A stretch of DNA of 64,000 nt from an uncultured Synechococcaceae cyanobacterium (GCA_902570945.1 CACGAJ010000001.1:3256-67255); one strand, 5' to 3'. Shown: positions 54,571 through 62,541, counted from the stretch's first letter. The notes: a model not told the origin generated them from the sequence alone. Numbers and translations are program-made.

Positions 54571-54913
54571 TGTCTATCAGTATGTGTGTAGGAGCTTTTT
54601 AACAGCTGAACCAAAAGAAAAATTATTAGAAAATCCCTGACTTTTTTAACTTCAGTTCTGTCTGGCCATTAAGGGAAACATCTTAATTGGATGTGCCAAT
54701 TTTGGAGTCGGTTACTAATATTGCCAAATGAAATAATGTTGCGCAAGAAGTATTTTTGTATTATCCACTCAATCAAATCTCAACCATCTTAACCACATTC
54801 AAGTTTAATTGTTGATCCTTTATCCGTATATGGGAGTACCTCAAACCGTACATATTTATTAAACGGTTGACTTGTCTGACTAGTTAGAACATATAGGTAG
54901 TCGTCATGAGCAA

Positions 54914-55051
54914 ATGTCTACCAGATCAAAACTCAAAGAAGATCATAAATCTGAGATTAAAGAAAGATCAGAAGAAGAACTTCTTGAAGAAGAAATCAGG
55001 AATCAACAAACATTGGAAAGCTTTGTTGAATCTGATAAAAACTGGAGCTGA
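54914..55051 (+). CDS. Small acidic hypothetical protein (45 aa); an overlapping frame 54906-55055 is also open
   Basis: MSTRSKLKEDHKSEIKERSEEELLEEEIRNQQTLESFVESDKNWS*. Confidence 0.4.
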   Translation: MSTRSKLKEDHKSEIKERSEEELLEEEIRNQQTLESFVESDKNWS

Positions 55052-55078
55052 TTAAATCTTATTTATTAGGAGAAATTT

Positions 55079-55264
55079 ATGAACTTGAAAAGATCACCGT
55101 TCTCAATTTTGAATAAAGAGAGAAGAGAAATTGATTATATCAAGGGTGTTTACAAGAGAAAAATTCAAGCAGAAATTGAATCTTATAAAGATTCAGAGGA
55201 TGAAGAAAAGAGAGATACTATTCAAGCACAAGATGTATTGATGCTTGATAGGATTTCAATTTAA
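55079..55264 (+). CDS. Hypothetical protein (61 aa)
   Basis: AGGAG ribosome-binding site just upstream of the ATG. Confidence 0.6.
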   Translation: MNLKRSPFSILNKERREIDYIKGVYKRKIQAEIESYKDSEDEEKRDTIQAQDVLMLDRISI

Positions 55265-55567
55265 TTAATCTTTCTTTTTTTTCTTTTTTTTATCTTTTTT
55301 TTTCTTCTTTACCTTCTCATAAACCTCATCAGCCTTTTGTTCAATACTGTCCAGCTTATTTGAGAGTTTTTTTATAGTTTCCGCTTTTCCATCTTTAACT
55401 ACATTATCTTTTACCTCAATAATCTTAACTGGCTCTTCTTTAACTACAGTATCTTTTGCCTCTTCAGTTTTAATTCCAAACTTACCTTTAATAAAATTGG
55501 CTATAAAAATAAGAACAGGTACATGGGCTAGACCACCTATTACTATTCTTGTTTCTGAATAAGCCAT
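55265..55567 (-). CDS. Hypothetical membrane-anchored protein with poly-Lys tail
   Basis: MAYSETRIVIGGLAHVPVLIFIA hydrophobic segment, KKKKKDKKKKKKD tail; start trimmed from 55651. Confidence 0.6.
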   Translation of the reverse strand: MAYSETRIVIGGLAHVPVLIFIANFIKGKFGIKTEEAKDTVVKEEPVKIIEVKDNVVKDGKAETIKKLSNKLDSIEQKADEVYEKVKKKKKDKKKKKKKD

Positions 55568-55709
55568 TGAATAGTTGAATAATCTGAGATATTTAAACAT
55601 AAATTTAAATTTTAAATTCGTTTTATTAAGCCAAAAAACATTAATAATCATTTCATGATTCGTAGATCAAAAATCTTGCTATTAATTAAGTAGAGACTTT
55701 TCTAATTAA

Positions 55710-55799
55710 ATGCCATTAGACGTATTTCTAATGAACATGTGTGTTGTAGTTATAGCTTTGCTTATCAGAAGAGAAATCAAACTTAAGAAGGCGAGATAA
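55710..55799 (+). CDS. Micro-ORF, 29-aa hydrophobic/basic peptide
   Basis: MPLDVFLMNMCVVVIALLIRREIKLKKAR*. Confidence 0.4.
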   Translation: MPLDVFLMNMCVVVIALLIRREIKLKKAR

Positions 55800-55802
55800 A
55801 TT

Positions 55803-55922
55803 ATGAAAACACAAATTTTTAAAGAGCATTACATTCCAAATATCCATGCTATTACTCTTTTACTAATGCTTCTTATATGCCTGTGGTTACCGCTTGCACT
55901 CAGATTCTTATTAATAATTTAG
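55803..55922 (+). CDS. Micro-ORF, 39-aa hydrophobic peptide
   Basis: MKTQIFKEHYIPNIHAITLLLMLLICLWLPLALRFLLII*; starts 3 nt after the previous stop. Confidence 0.35.
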   Translation: MKTQIFKEHYIPNIHAITLLLMLLICLWLPLALRFLLII

Positions 55923-55950
55923 TCGAAATAATTAATTAATACTCTTATCC

Positions 55951-56340
55951 TTAAACTCTGCTATATCCAAATTTTGTTTTAAAGACCATATATGGAACTC
56001 CTGTTGCATTCATGGCTTCAATTACTTTATCTCCCACAGTTCCGTAAAATTCAACAGAAAGATCAGTTCCCAGTTCAGCATGAGCCTCAAGATAAACACC
56101 TAGTGCTGGATTAGCTAAATGAGCTAGTAAAGCATCATCATTTTTATAAACTTCTGACCATACGAAACGAAGTGGATCATTAGGATCTTGATCAAAAGTA
56201 TGATGGAGCATTCCAGGTTCATTAGCTTCAACAGCTTTATCTGTCTTATCTGCAATTTCTAAGTATTCTGCAACCTTATCTTCCTTAACCTTAAGTTTTG
56301 CAAGAAGCATAAATGGAGTTTCTGATCCAAAACTAGACAT
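55951..56340 (-). CDS. ABM/putative quinol monooxygenase-family (dimeric alpha-beta barrel) protein
   Basis: EANEPGMLHHTFDQDP..F.WSEVY....L.AHL; start MSSFG at 56340 (in-frame upstream ATG at 56385). Confidence 0.8.
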   Translation of the reverse strand: MSSFGSETPFMLLAKLKVKEDKVAEYLEIADKTDKAVEANEPGMLHHTFDQDPNDPLRFVWSEVYKNDDALLAHLANPALGVYLEAHAELGTDLSVEFYGTVGDKVIEAMNATGVPYMVFKTKFGYSRV

Positions 56341-56385
56341 AAAAAAAAGACTCTTGCGAGCCTGGATGATGGGGATTCCCATCAT
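56341..56385 (-). promoter_or_regulatory. Structured 5' leader: two hairpins plus U8 directly before the start codon
   Basis: Minus strand: ATGATGGG-AATC-CCCATCAT, then GGCTC-GCAA-GAGTC (GNRA loop), T8, ATG. Confidence 0.55.
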
Positions 56386-56468
56386 GACAAATTAATTAGA
56401 AACTAACAACTCCATCAATAGTTAATTTTCATTACTTACAAACACCATATGTAGTGCTAGGATTTTAA

Positions 56469-56531
56469 AAAAGGCTGGGTGATGGGGATTATCCCGCTTT
56501 TTAACTGGGGCGAAGCTAACGCCCTTTTTTT
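56469..56531 (+). ncRNA. Candidate ~60-nt small RNA
   Basis: Extended -10 TGcTAGGAT (56455-56463); 5' hairpin with G-U pairs valid only on +; terminator GGGCG-N7-CGCCC-T7; no + strand ORF upstream to terminate. Confidence 0.5.
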
Positions 56532-56679
56532 ATGGATATAACTTTCTAATAGCTTCTTGTTGTTCTTGTTTTTTTATTTCTTCAGCATCATAAACAGGAC
56601 AAGTATTCTGATTAAGTGATGAGTAAAAAGCACTCTTTTTAAAACGTTTGAATATAAGAGGTAATAATAACCTTTTCAT
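56530..56679 (-). CDS. Small hypothetical protein (49 aa) with MKRLLLP start
   Basis: Manual translation MKRLLLPLIFKRFKKSAFYSSLNQNTCPVYDAEEIKKQEQQEAIRKLYP*. Confidence 0.5.
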   Translation of the reverse strand: MKRLLLPLIFKRFKKSAFYSSLNQNTCPVYDAEEIKKQEQQEAIRKLYP

Positions 56680-56682
56680 TTT

Positions 56683-57177
56683 TTATTTACTAAATTGCTC
56701 GAACATACTTAAATATTGCAGAGGAAATACACTGGTTAAATTCTCTATTCTCTCTTCATCCAGTACAACACCATCCGGTAATTTCTTTATTAAATTTGGA
56801 ATTGCTTTTTTTGTCTCTTCTCTACAGAAGTTAATTCTATAAGTGGCTTCTTTTTTAATATTATTTTTAATTAGTCCATCTTTTTCAAGCATAGATTTTA
56901 AATCAAGATTATTTCCTTTCAGAAGAGCAATTAAAACATTATCTGCAATTTTTAAAGCTTCGCCAGTTTCTTTATCTTTATTTATCTCAAATATCCATGT
57001 ACACGCTCCTATCCCTAGTGCTCTTGCAATACACTCATCATTTCCAATTTCAGCACAGGGTAATCTAAAAGACTCTTCAATTTTTTTCAGATCATATCCA
57101 TTCTCACCTTCTGGAAAGCCAGCTTGAGCGTAAAAAGGAAATAAAAATAATATTGTGGCAAGAATTAAGCGTTTCAT
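56683..57177 (-). CDS. Secreted hypothetical protein (4 Cys)
   Basis: Signal peptide MKRLILATILFLFPFYAQA. Confidence 0.75.
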   Translation of the reverse strand: MKRLILATILFLFPFYAQAGFPEGENGYDLKKIEESFRLPCAEIGNDECIARALGIGACTWIFEINKDKETGEALKIADNVLIALLKGNNLDLKSMLEKDGLIKNNIKKEATYRINFCREETKKAIPNLIKKLPDGVVLDEERIENLTSVFPLQYLSMFEQFSK

Positions 57178-57491
57178 TTATCTTTTTTTACTTCAGGGAA
57201 GCAATCTGGAAAGATATCCAGTACTTTCCCAACAGCATTCCTTTGATCTTCTTGTGTGGTTTGTTTATTTCCATGAGCACGTTCGTGGAGGTTTAGAGCA
57301 AATCCCAACATATCTATTTTTTGTTTCATATTTATGTGGTTTCGATCTACTGCATAGCAGACAGATAGAACTTGACCAAGAAGTATTTTATTAGCTTCAA
57401 TATCATTCACTTCAGATGAAACTTTTTCATTGGCATTAAGAGCATTAGGTAATGCCAATGCAGCCAGCAGTGGAAGTAGAAGGCGTTTCAA
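57174..57491 (-). CDS. Secreted hypothetical protein (2 Cys)
   Basis: Signal peptide MKRLLLPLLAALALPNALNA; stop overlaps the next start. Confidence 0.75.
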   Translation of the reverse strand: MKRLLLPLLAALALPNALNANEKVSSEVNDIEANKILLGQVLSVCYAVDRNHINMKQKIDMLGFALNLHERAHGNKQTTQEDQRNAVGKVLDIFPDCFPEVKKDK

Positions 57492-57493
57492 AA

Positions 57494-57778
57494 TTATTCA
57501 GAAATCCAGCGGTTAATTATTGTCCCTTCATAAATATGACCGGAAGCCTCAACTATTGGTTTAGTTTCTGGGCTAACAAAGATGTCGTAACAAGTATTTA
57601 CTGGTCCCTGAAACATAACGGTTGCTCTTTTGGGGTCTTCCAATGATTTGCCAATATAAAAGGTTTTTACTCCCATCTCTTTAAACATGGCCTGTTGTTC
57701 AGGAGCATTCATATGTGCCTCATACTCCTCAAAAGTATTGCTTAATTTGAAATCTAAAACAGTTGTTTCAATTGACAT
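57494..57778 (-). CDS. DUF3764-family protein
   Basis: ETTVLDFKLSNTFEEY...GVKTFYIGKS..DP.RATV.FQ..ASGH. Confidence 0.8.
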   Translation of the reverse strand: MSIETTVLDFKLSNTFEEYEAHMNAPEQQAMFKEMGVKTFYIGKSLEDPKRATVMFQGPVNTCYDIFVSPETKPIVEASGHIYEGTIINRWISE

Positions 57779-57867
57779 AAAAAAAGGAGCTAATTGCCCC
57801 TTATTCTAGATCGACTGTCAATCAATAAAATTATCCCATTCCAGCTAAAGCATAGGAAAAAAATAGA

Positions 57868-58719
57868 CTAAAAAAGATTTCCCTGAATCTCTTTATTATC
57901 ACTTACAGGATTACAAACCAACTTTGAATATTGCTCGGAATAAGCACAATTTTTACAGGATAAATTTGGTTCCGGGATCTGGTCATTATTCATCAAAGAA
58001 ACCATCGCATCTATTTCTTCTTCGATCCAATCAATATTCCAATCATATGGAACTAAATATTCGTCAAAATTCATTCTTTTATTAAATTCCTCTTCATCTC
58101 TTTTTGCATTGCAAACTAAAAAATAAGATGTTTTGTGAACATCAAATCCCATTCCTTTTAGAAGATAGGCATAGAAATCCATTTGGATTTTATACCCCTC
58201 ATGATATGGATCATCAAGATAATCTTTTTTATCTACTCTCCCAAGTTTTGCTTGGGACTTGTAATCAACAACTATTAATTGCTTAGTAATTTTATGCTGC
58301 CAAATATCATCAACCCCTCCAGTCAAGATGATGTTTGTATCCTTATGACGAAGCATCAATCCTTTGTGAAGAGAGTTACGCCAATCATCTATCTCAGGAT
58401 GATCAAAAGGAACTAGATGACTTAAATCATTGTCGATAAATAATCTATGTGGAATTTGTCTTTCTCGGCAATAATCAAATTCTTTTTTTAAGAGCAAATC
58501 AGTAGTTTCATTTAAAGTCCATCCAGGTGTTCCTGGTGGATCTAAACCTTTTACTCTGTCCAAATAAAAACATCTTTTGCAGGTTAAAAAATTGGAAAAC
58601 CTTCCTCTACTTATTTTGAAATCATCTTTCTGATTTGGCGAATAAGACGAAGATGCTCTCGTCCTTAATCCAGTAGCTTTTACGGGTTCTTTTTTACTAT
58701 TTCTTTTAAGATCTATCAT
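57868..58719 (-). CDS. PD-(D/E)XK nuclease (RecB/AddB/Cas4-like, PDDEXK_1)
   Basis: S...NFLTCKRCFY, LTGGVDD, VVDYKS, QMDFYAYLL, C-terminal CKNC. Confidence 0.85.
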   Translation of the reverse strand: MIDLKRNSKKEPVKATGLRTRASSSYSPNQKDDFKISRGRFSNFLTCKRCFYLDRVKGLDPPGTPGWTLNETTDLLLKKEFDYCRERQIPHRLFIDNDLSHLVPFDHPEIDDWRNSLHKGLMLRHKDTNIILTGGVDDIWQHKITKQLIVVDYKSQAKLGRVDKKDYLDDPYHEGYKIQMDFYAYLLKGMGFDVHKTSYFLVCNAKRDEEEFNKRMNFDEYLVPYDWNIDWIEEEIDAMVSLMNNDQIPEPNLSCKNCAYSEQYSKLVCNPVSDNKEIQGNLF

Positions 58720-58866
58720 GATTATTTAATTCAGAAAGAATCTTTCTTATTTATAGATTATCTATATAAGAAACTATTATCAAAATCCTTCTGTCTTATC
58801 CCAGCCATTAAGAATTATATCGGCCCCAGGTCCAGAACTTTTCTTTCCAGAGATCTAGCTCTCGTT

Positions 58867-59112
58867 TTATAACCAAACCTCCTCTGTTTTCCTCCATCCC
58901 TGCGAGATTAACCTTTCATAAATTTCTCTAGCTAAATCTATATCTACAGAAACTGTTGTGGTCATTAAAGGAGGTTCTTGCCCAAACACCCCCACTATTT
59001 TTCCAGTATCTACAAACATATATTCAAAAACTCCATCTATACTCTTATCATTTTTTGTAAACCTTTTTACTTCGGTTCTTTTTGAGTTAATCAACCAATG
59101 AGATTTAGCCAT
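58867..59112 (-). CDS. DUF1651-family protein
   Basis: WLIN..RTEVKRF, MFVD.G, PPL, AR..Y..L..QGW.K. Confidence 0.75.
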   Translation of the reverse strand: MAKSHWLINSKRTEVKRFTKNDKSIDGVFEYMFVDTGKIVGVFGQEPPLMTTTVSVDIDLAREIYERLISQGWRKTEEVWL

Positions 59113-59119
59113 TATTTAA

Positions 59120-59228
59120 TTAAACAGTAAAAAGATTTCCCTGAATATCTTCATGATTATCCTTTACCCGATCACACACCGACTTGGCATATTGCTAGGT
59201 TTAGGAGCAGTTTTACAAGATAAATTTT
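59120..59228 (-). pseudogene. Decayed 3' end of a paralog of the 57868-58719 nuclease gene
   Basis: NLSCK/CS*T*QYAKSVCDRVKDNHEDIQGNLFTV* aligns with NLSCKNCAYSEQYSKLVCNPVSDNKEIQGNLF*; identical 18-mer AAAAAGATTTCCCTGAAT. Confidence 0.8.
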
Positions 59229-59406
59229 GTTTAAAAATAGCTATTGGAAAAGTATCTTCAGGTTTGTAAATCTCTAACTTATAACTATCAGTTAAATACA
59301 TATCATCTTCATTGCGTGATAGATCACCTTTGACATTCAACGCACCAGTAAAAGCTACTACCTCATCGTAAATGTAATTTTTTATTTGATAAGTCTGTTC
59401 TCCCAT
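59164..59406 (-). CDS. Hypothetical, chimeric ORF whose C-terminus derives from the nuclease remnant
   Basis: C-terminal NLSCKTAPKPSNMPSRCVIG is read from the remnant DNA. Confidence 0.5.
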   Translation of the reverse strand: MGEQTYQIKNYIYDEVVAFTGALNVKGDLSRNEDDMYLTDSYKLEIYKPEDTFPIAIFKQNLSCKTAPKPSNMPSRCVIG

Positions 59407-59472
59407 CAAAAAAAATAAAAAAGATAGTTTATCTCTCTATGCTAGATCGACTATCAGTATATACAATCTAAA

Positions 59473-59826
59473 TCAGAATCCAGATATTGCTTCATAGAAA
59501 TCAGCGTCTGGCAGTATTTCCTTCAAGGGTTCAATCTCCTTTGCAGGGCCTTGGACCTGCACAGTAATATCTGACACTTCAAAAAGCTTGGGAATCATAT
59601 GTCCCATATTTTTGAGATGAAATAAAGCGGCAGCACCATCTTTATATGCCTCTCTTACATAAGCCTTATCTGACCCGCATGTAGTGATATTAAAAAAAAG
59701 GCAGTTAGGCTCATTAGCTTTTGTCAGTACCAAAATTTCTTCTAAAAGAGCTATGCACTGGTCCATCTTCCCATCCTTGATTGTGAAGTGAGGATGGATA
59801 GAAACCATGGTTGTATCGAGAGACAT
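59473..59826 (-). CDS. ABM-like (dimeric alpha-beta barrel) protein
   Basis: TKANEPNCLFF, REAY.D..A.L.HL, V.V.GP. Confidence 0.72.
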   Translation of the reverse strand: MSLDTTMVSIHPHFTIKDGKMDQCIALLEEILVLTKANEPNCLFFNITTCGSDKAYVREAYKDGAAALFHLKNMGHMIPKLFEVSDITVQVQGPAKEIEPLKEILPDADFYEAISGF

Positions 59827-59959
59827 GAATTTATGGATATTTCTACTATCTTTTTAGCAACTAATATTTATGAACAAGTTAAAAATATGGATTATCAAAA
59901 ATTAAGAATTTTAATTTGGTATCACATGTACCGTTTATTCGCTTTTTGGAAGCTATGAA

Positions 59960-60148
59960 TTGGATATGAGTTATTTTGCTGAACCAAACCATATTGAATA
60001 TGATGCATGGTTCGATGAAAACATCGACCCAATGGATCTTGTGAATTACTCAGATGAAAAGGAGTTCAGTGATTCGGTACACTTTAAGTTCCATAAGATG
60101 TCCACTAGAAATTTAACGATTGGATCTTCTGATAATTTTCACTGGTAA
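59960..60148 (+). CDS. Hypothetical acidic protein
   Basis: 62-aa ORF with EYDAWFD motif. Confidence 0.55.
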   Translation: MDMSYFAEPNHIEYDAWFDENIDPMDLVNYSDEKEFSDSVHFKFHKMSTRNLTIGSSDNFHW

Positions 60149-60184
60149 GTAAAAGATTTTTAACTCCATAAATATTTATGAATC

Positions 60185-60562
60185 TTACGCAGAATATGTT
60201 CCATCACTTTCTCTTCTTGCCTTAGCTAATACAATTTCATCTACAACTTTTTCAATCATGTAAGCACTTTTTTTACCAAAGCATCTTTCTTTTTTAATAC
60301 TCTCAAAATCATTTGGAATTAAATCATTAAGTTCACAACAGTCGCATTTAATATCAATTTTCTTACCTCTGAAAACCTCTAAAGCTCTAGAAAAAATCCA
60401 TTGCTGAACTGAAATACTTTCCCAACTATCAAAATTCGACCATTCATCAAAATCCCTATTAAGAATGCCTTTTAATCCATCAACCTGATTTACATATACT
60501 AAGTATGAATCTTTTCTTGGTTCATCATTAATACCAATTGTTTTGACATAATTTTGATTCAT
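60185..60562 (-). CDS. Hypothetical protein
   Basis: 125-aa ATG ORF with CDCC motif. Confidence 0.7.
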   Translation of the reverse strand: MNQNYVKTIGINDEPRKDSYLVYVNQVDGLKGILNRDFDEWSNFDSWESISVQQWIFSRALEVFRGKKIDIKCDCCELNDLIPNDFESIKKERCFGKKSAYMIEKVVDEIVLAKARRESDGTYSA

Positions 60563-60632
60563 TAAATATAGATTGATTGAGTAACCTTATAAATCTAGAG
60601 GATAATTTCAAAAATATAAACAAAAAAATGTC

Positions 60633-61100
60633 TCAAATAAGATCATTAATTGCTTTATCCAATCTAGAAGTATGATTTGTATTTCTAAGTAATTCAAAAT
60701 CCTTAAAATCAAAGCCCGGGCCAACACAACAACTCATTAAAGTAAATTCGCCTGTACTTTTTGCAGCTTGCCAATATCCAGATGGGATCATTTCTACTGG
60801 ATTATTGGAATCTAAAATTAAATTTCTTATTAACTTATTATCATTATCTAGGCACCATAAATTCAGAGGATCGCCCCTTAAATAAATCCAAATTTCATCA
60901 GCATTTTTTACTCTGTGCCAAGCACTTTTTGCATCTCTCTCCAAAAGATAATAAATTCCCGTAATAAAGTTTCTACTTTTGCCATCTTCCCTTATTAGAG
61001 AATTCTCACTCCTTACAATCTCTCTAAACCATCCACCCTCAGGATGAGGAGATAAATTGAATTGTTTAATTATTTCTATGATTTTTTTATTAGGATTCAC
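60633..61100 (-). CDS. Cupin superfamily protein (DUF985/Cupin_5)
   Basis: L.PHPEGGWFRE, IYYLL, WHRV..ADEIW, WQAA, SC.V.PGF.F.DF. Confidence 0.9.
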   Translation of the reverse strand: MNPNKKIIEIIKQFNLSPHPEGGWFREIVRSENSLIREDGKSRNFITGIYYLLERDAKSAWHRVKNADEIWIYLRGDPLNLWCLDNDNKLIRNLILDSNNPVEMIPSGYWQAAKSTGEFTLMSCCVGPGFDFKDFELLRNTNHTSRLDKAINDLI

Positions 61101-61182
61101 ATCACCAGAATATCTTTTAAATTTCTCTTATACTTAAAAATTAACTGAAAATAAATCAAAATAAAATATATTTTCTAAAAAA

Positions 61183-61326
61183 TTAAGCGCAAATAACTGA
61201 CAAATCTACAAAATTTTTATTTTCATCTGCTAGTTCAGTAATGATTCTATTGAGCCATTCAGAGGTAGTTTCACAATAGCCTACATTTAAAATAGTTTTT
61301 TGCTTTGCTGTTTCTTCTTTTTTCAT
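61183..61326 (-). CDS. Small hypothetical protein (47 aa)
   Basis: Manual translation MKKEETAKQKTILNVGYCETTSEWLNRIITELADENKNFVDLSVICA*. Confidence 0.45.
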   Translation of the reverse strand: MKKEETAKQKTILNVGYCETTSEWLNRIITELADENKNFVDLSVICA

Positions 61327-61508
61327 AGTTAGAGTATTTTTATATAAATTAGTCTTTAATTAAATCTATGTGAATAAGTCTTAATTACTATCTATTTTAA
61401 AAAGTTGTATTTAATACATATTTAAGAACTACTGGTAAACAAATAAAATTAAATCGTTGACAAGAAAATGTATACAAGTAAGAGTAGAAAAAATTTATTA
61501 TTTAACCT

Positions 61509-61694
61509 ATGAATAACATCAAGATTGAGGAATTGATGAAAGTAAGGTTCGATGGTATTGCTAATAGAATTGGGCAATTAAGCAAAAGGGAAAGTGAGTC
61601 TTTATTACTTGAGCATCTTGAGTGGTTAGAGGGAGGATGGGAGACAGAAGAAATCTTATTTTTAAAAAAGCCCTATAGAAAATGGTGGTTCTAA
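61509..61694 (+). CDS. Hypothetical protein (61 aa)
   Basis: ATG ORF; TTGACA at 61457-61462 upstream. Confidence 0.6.
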   Translation: MNNIKIEELMKVRFDGIANRIGQLSKRESESLLLEHLEWLEGGWETEEILFLKKPYRKWWF

Positions 61695-61712
61695 CTCCAC
61701 TTCTATAAATAA

Positions 61713-62492
61713 TTAATGATGACCTAAGGGACCAGGACCAGATCCTATTTTGTAAGAATTTTCTAAAGATTTCTCAACAAATAATTTCGCTTTTTGTATG
61801 GAATCAATCAGATCAAAACCTAGAGCCTTGTAACCACAAATAGCAGCACTCAAAGTACAGCCGCTTCCATGGGTATTTTCTGTATTTATAAAATTATTAA
61901 AGAGCCACTCTTTTCTACCATTTATGTCAAGGAAAAAATCCTTCCCTTTCATATCTATTAAACCTCCACCTTTTATAAGTACCGCTTTAGCTCCAAGACC
62001 AATAATATTTCTTGCGGAATTTTCGATATCTTCTTCACTCCTTATTTCTAAACCAGAAAGTAGATTTGCTTCATAAATATTTGGAGTTACCAAATCTGCA
62101 ATTGGTAATAAAAGTTTTTTATAAGCATTAATCGCAGAATCTTCAAGTAATTTAGAACCAGTTCTCGTAACCATTACTGGGTCAATAATTTTGGTTATTG
62201 TATAAGTATTTAATTTTGAAGCAGTATCATTAATTATACTTTCATTTAATAACATTCCTGTTTTTAAGGCATCAATACCAAAATCAGCGAATAAAGTATC
62301 TAACTGACTTAATAAAGTATTCTTCTCTACTGGTTCAACGCATGTAACCTCTAAACTGTTTTGTGCAGTGATACATGTAATAACAGAACATCCATGTACT
62401 TTAAGGGCCATAAAAGTTCTCAAATCAGCCTGTATACCTGCTCCACCCCCGGAGTCACTACCCCCTATTGAAAGTGCAATTTTTGAATACAT
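61713..62492 (-). CDS. thiD: Hydroxymethylpyrimidine/phosphomethylpyrimidine kinase
   Basis: [36 protein letters not shown]. Confidence 0.96.
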   Translation of the reverse strand: MYSKIALSIGGSDSGGGAGIQADLRTFMALKVHGCSVITCITAQNSLEVTCVEPVEKNTLLSQLDTLFADFGIDALKTGMLLNESIINDTASKLNTYTITKIIDPVMVTRTGSKLLEDSAINAYKKLLLPIADLVTPNIYEANLLSGLEIRSEEDIENSARNIIGLGAKAVLIKGGGLIDMKGKDFFLDINGRKEWLFNNFINTENTHGSGCTLSAAICGYKALGFDLIDSIQKAKLFVEKSLENSYKIGSGPGPLGHH

Positions 62493-62541
62493 GATTTATT
62501 AATTCGTCTTTGAAAGTACTATAAATTAATTCTAATTAAAA

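Noticed and set aside
54630-54890. Possible decayed DUF1651-like reading frames here and at about 58770-58860
   Set aside because: Only faint resemblance across several stops and frameshifts; needs a profile search
53443-55669. 10-bp repeat TCGTAGATCA at about 53443 and 55660
   Set aside because: 10-mer matches are expected by chance in a region of this size
57868-58719. Cas4-like nuclease as evidence of CRISPR-Cas
   Set aside because: No repeat-spacer array and no cas1/cas2 seen in the window
59918-59932. Palindrome GGTA-TCACATG-TACC as an NtcA or LexA box
   Set aside because: Spacer is 7 nt for NtcA and it is one base off the cyanobacterial LexA pattern; cannot be supported
61406-61418. 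Palindrome TGTATTTAATACA
   Set aside because: Wrong spacing for NtcA, and AT-rich palindromes of this size are expected by chance
49685-61700. Prophage, integrase or transposase in the island
   Set aside because: No ORF shows recombinase, DDE, capsid, terminase or primase motifs
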